Source of the DNA: Podarcis pityusensis | Taxonomy: Eukaryota | Direction: 5' to 3' (one strand) | NCBI GenBank assembly: GCA_964106645.2 | Contig: OZ067052.1 | DNA: 64,000 nucleotides | Shown here: piece after piece, positions 62,120 through 64,000 of the stretch | Layout: every line of letters starts with the position of its first letter | Position numbering within the stretch: position 1 is the first letter of the stretch | Position numbers and translations under genes: made by a program | Notes under the pieces: generated by a model | Databases searched by the model: none | What the model was told of the DNA's origin: nothing | What the model saw: the letters and a program-made list of their open reading frames with translations, nothing else

Positions 62120-62647
62120 CAGCGGTACCTCGTTCTATGAACAGTCCTATTAATGAACACCTCGGACAATGAACTCCGCAAAACCAGAAGTGGGTGTTCT
62201 AGTTAGCGAACGTTGCCTCGGAGGCTGAACATGCTCCACTGCTGGAGGGCTCTGGCCGTGGGAGGCCTCCGCTGCTGGGGGGAGGGCAGTCACTGATGGT
62301 AAATCTGGAAGAGGACCCCGACCTCCCAGCCAAACAATGACTATCATCAGTGCAGGTAAGAAAAAAAATCACATTTTCATTATTATTATTCTTTAAAATC
62401 ATCAATACTGTCTTATTTATTTTATAGTACAGTACATTGATTATTGCTTTCATTTTATGGATCAATGGTCTTGTTAGATAGTAAAATTCATGTTAAATTG
62501 CTATTTTAGGGGTTGTTTTTCATAGTCTGGAACGGATTAATCCATTTTCCATTACTTCCTATGGGAAAGCACACCTTGGTTGAAGAATGCTTTGTTTTAA
62601 GAACGGACTTCCGGAACAGATTAAGTTTGTAAACCGAAGTACTACTG
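62120..62647. mobile_element. Longer Tigger-like non-autonomous element
   Basis: TA-CAGCGGTACCTCG...CCGAAGTACTACTG-TA; subterminal sequence shared with 16989-17685. Confidence 0.82.
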
Positions 62648-62903
62648 TACTGAATTTTGATGTGGTTTTCCCCACCTGAATTGAGAAAAACATGACCTAG
62701 CTGCAATTCAAGCCAATAAAGTGTACACAGCCTATAAATCAGATCTGCATGACCAAAGTTTCACATTTGCTTTAGCAAATAAGTGTCTTGTAGATGTGAG
62801 TCCAGCAGAACTGGCCCTGCTATTAGGCAGGGTGAGGCCAATGCTTCAGCTGGCAGAAGCCCACCCCCAGGTGGCAAGCTCAGTGGCAGAGAGGCATCAC
62901 AGA

Positions 62904-63055
62904 CACCAGCGCTGGTTTCAGGCAAGATCAGGTCTATTTTGGGCAAAATCTCAGCCAAAATCATGTGAGAACTTGTGCATCGTGCAAGATCTAACACAAT
63001 TTGGTCAAGATCTCACCCCAAACCAGTGTGATCTTGCCTGAAATCAGTGCTGATG
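62904..63055. repeat. ~150-bp imperfect palindrome inside an old hAT-like element
   Basis: caccagcgctggtttcaggcaagatca... pairs with ...tgatcttgcctgaaatcagtgctgatg. Confidence 0.75.
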
Positions 63056-64000
63056 GTGGTGGTGCTTCTCCCCCAGGTGTGCGTGTGCACTGCAGTGTCA
63101 GAGCAGGTGGCGATGGCAGGAGCAGGTAAGTAGTGGTGGGAGTGGCAGCAGCAGGGCAAGGCAGAACTTCTTGTTTCTCCTCAAGTGGTGAAAAGGGATG
63201 TGCCGTCCCTGGATGCCAGTGTGCTAGAAAGCAGAAATACCCACTGGAATGAAGCATCAGGTTTGAGATGTCTCAAACAATTATTAAAGGGAAGCGGAGT
63301 CCTATCCTTCCTCACATCTGAGAGCCTTGGCAGTCAACAAATCGCTTCCATAGATCCCCAAGGACCAGAGCCGAATTTCTCCATATGCTATTGAGATGAA
63401 TAACTGTAAATCCAATATGTGAGCAAGATTTCAGAGCAATATCTGAACATGTCAGAGCTGAAACTTCCTCCAAACTATGTGAAATTGCGAGATGCACCAG
63501 TGAAATCTAGTGAGTCACTCATGCGAGACTTCCCTAGCTCAATGCTTCCTTCTGCACCTGGTATAAAATACAATAGGAGATAGGAGACTTGATAGCAAGT
63601 AGCATTTCTGGAGATTTCCTTCCATCACATCTCAGATTAATCAAAGGAAAGGAAAGCGGCAGCCAGCCATGAAACCTCAAATGACCTAGAGGCCTAAGAG
63701 CTGGACATTCCAGCAGAAAATAAAATGGACATGACCTATACAGATTGGGAAATACAATGGAAAAGGACAGATACATCAAAACCTTGAGTGAACAATACCA
63801 ACCAGCAAGGATTTAAAATAAGAGGTCATGGTCAGGAGTTTTAATTTTCCTTTGTCTCCTTCTGTTATTCCCACCATTGGTACCAGATCCTGATGATATA
63901 GCGTTATGCATTTGGGGTATGGGACTCAGTCTGGATAATGCCCCAAGCCCCTTCCAATTATTGGGGTGGCATGCAACAATATGCTTTTCATTTAATTTTT

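Noticed and set aside
1-64000. Other OPCML exons or an intact transposase/retroviral gene
   Set aside because: Neither the upstream exon (GVPVRSGDATFPK...) nor the downstream exon (VPPQI...) nor any intact TE ORF was recognisable, though a very short or diverged exon could have been missed by eye

Overview
Vertebrate genomic DNA from a squamate reptile, probably a lacertid lizard (inferred from Sauria SINEs, BovB and CR1/L2 repeats). The window lies inside the very large introns of an IgLON-family neural adhesion gene on the minus strand. The only coding sequence I can support is one 233-bp exon at 10241-10473, encoding most of Ig domain 1 of OPCML/OBCAM. The rest is intronic. It holds CR1, L2 and BovB LINE fragments, three SINE families, probable solo LTRs, and many non-autonomous DNA transposons (hAT-type with 8-bp TSDs, Tc1/Tigger-type with TA TSDs, Harbinger-like palindromes), often nested. 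It also has a dispersed 18S rRNA fragment next to an assembly gap, microsatellites, two N gaps and several repeat-free blocks that look like candidate enhancers. I found no convincing new protein-coding system. The most interesting signals are structural: a composite cargo-carrying hAT element, repeated hAT insertion into CR1 3' tails, a two-left-end foldback element, an old ~745-bp tandem duplication of SINEs, an 18S fragment with its poly(A) at the 'wrong' end, and a Lys at the position of human OPCML P95. Family names and reference sequences are recalled from memory, not from database searches, and boundaries of old repeats are approximate.
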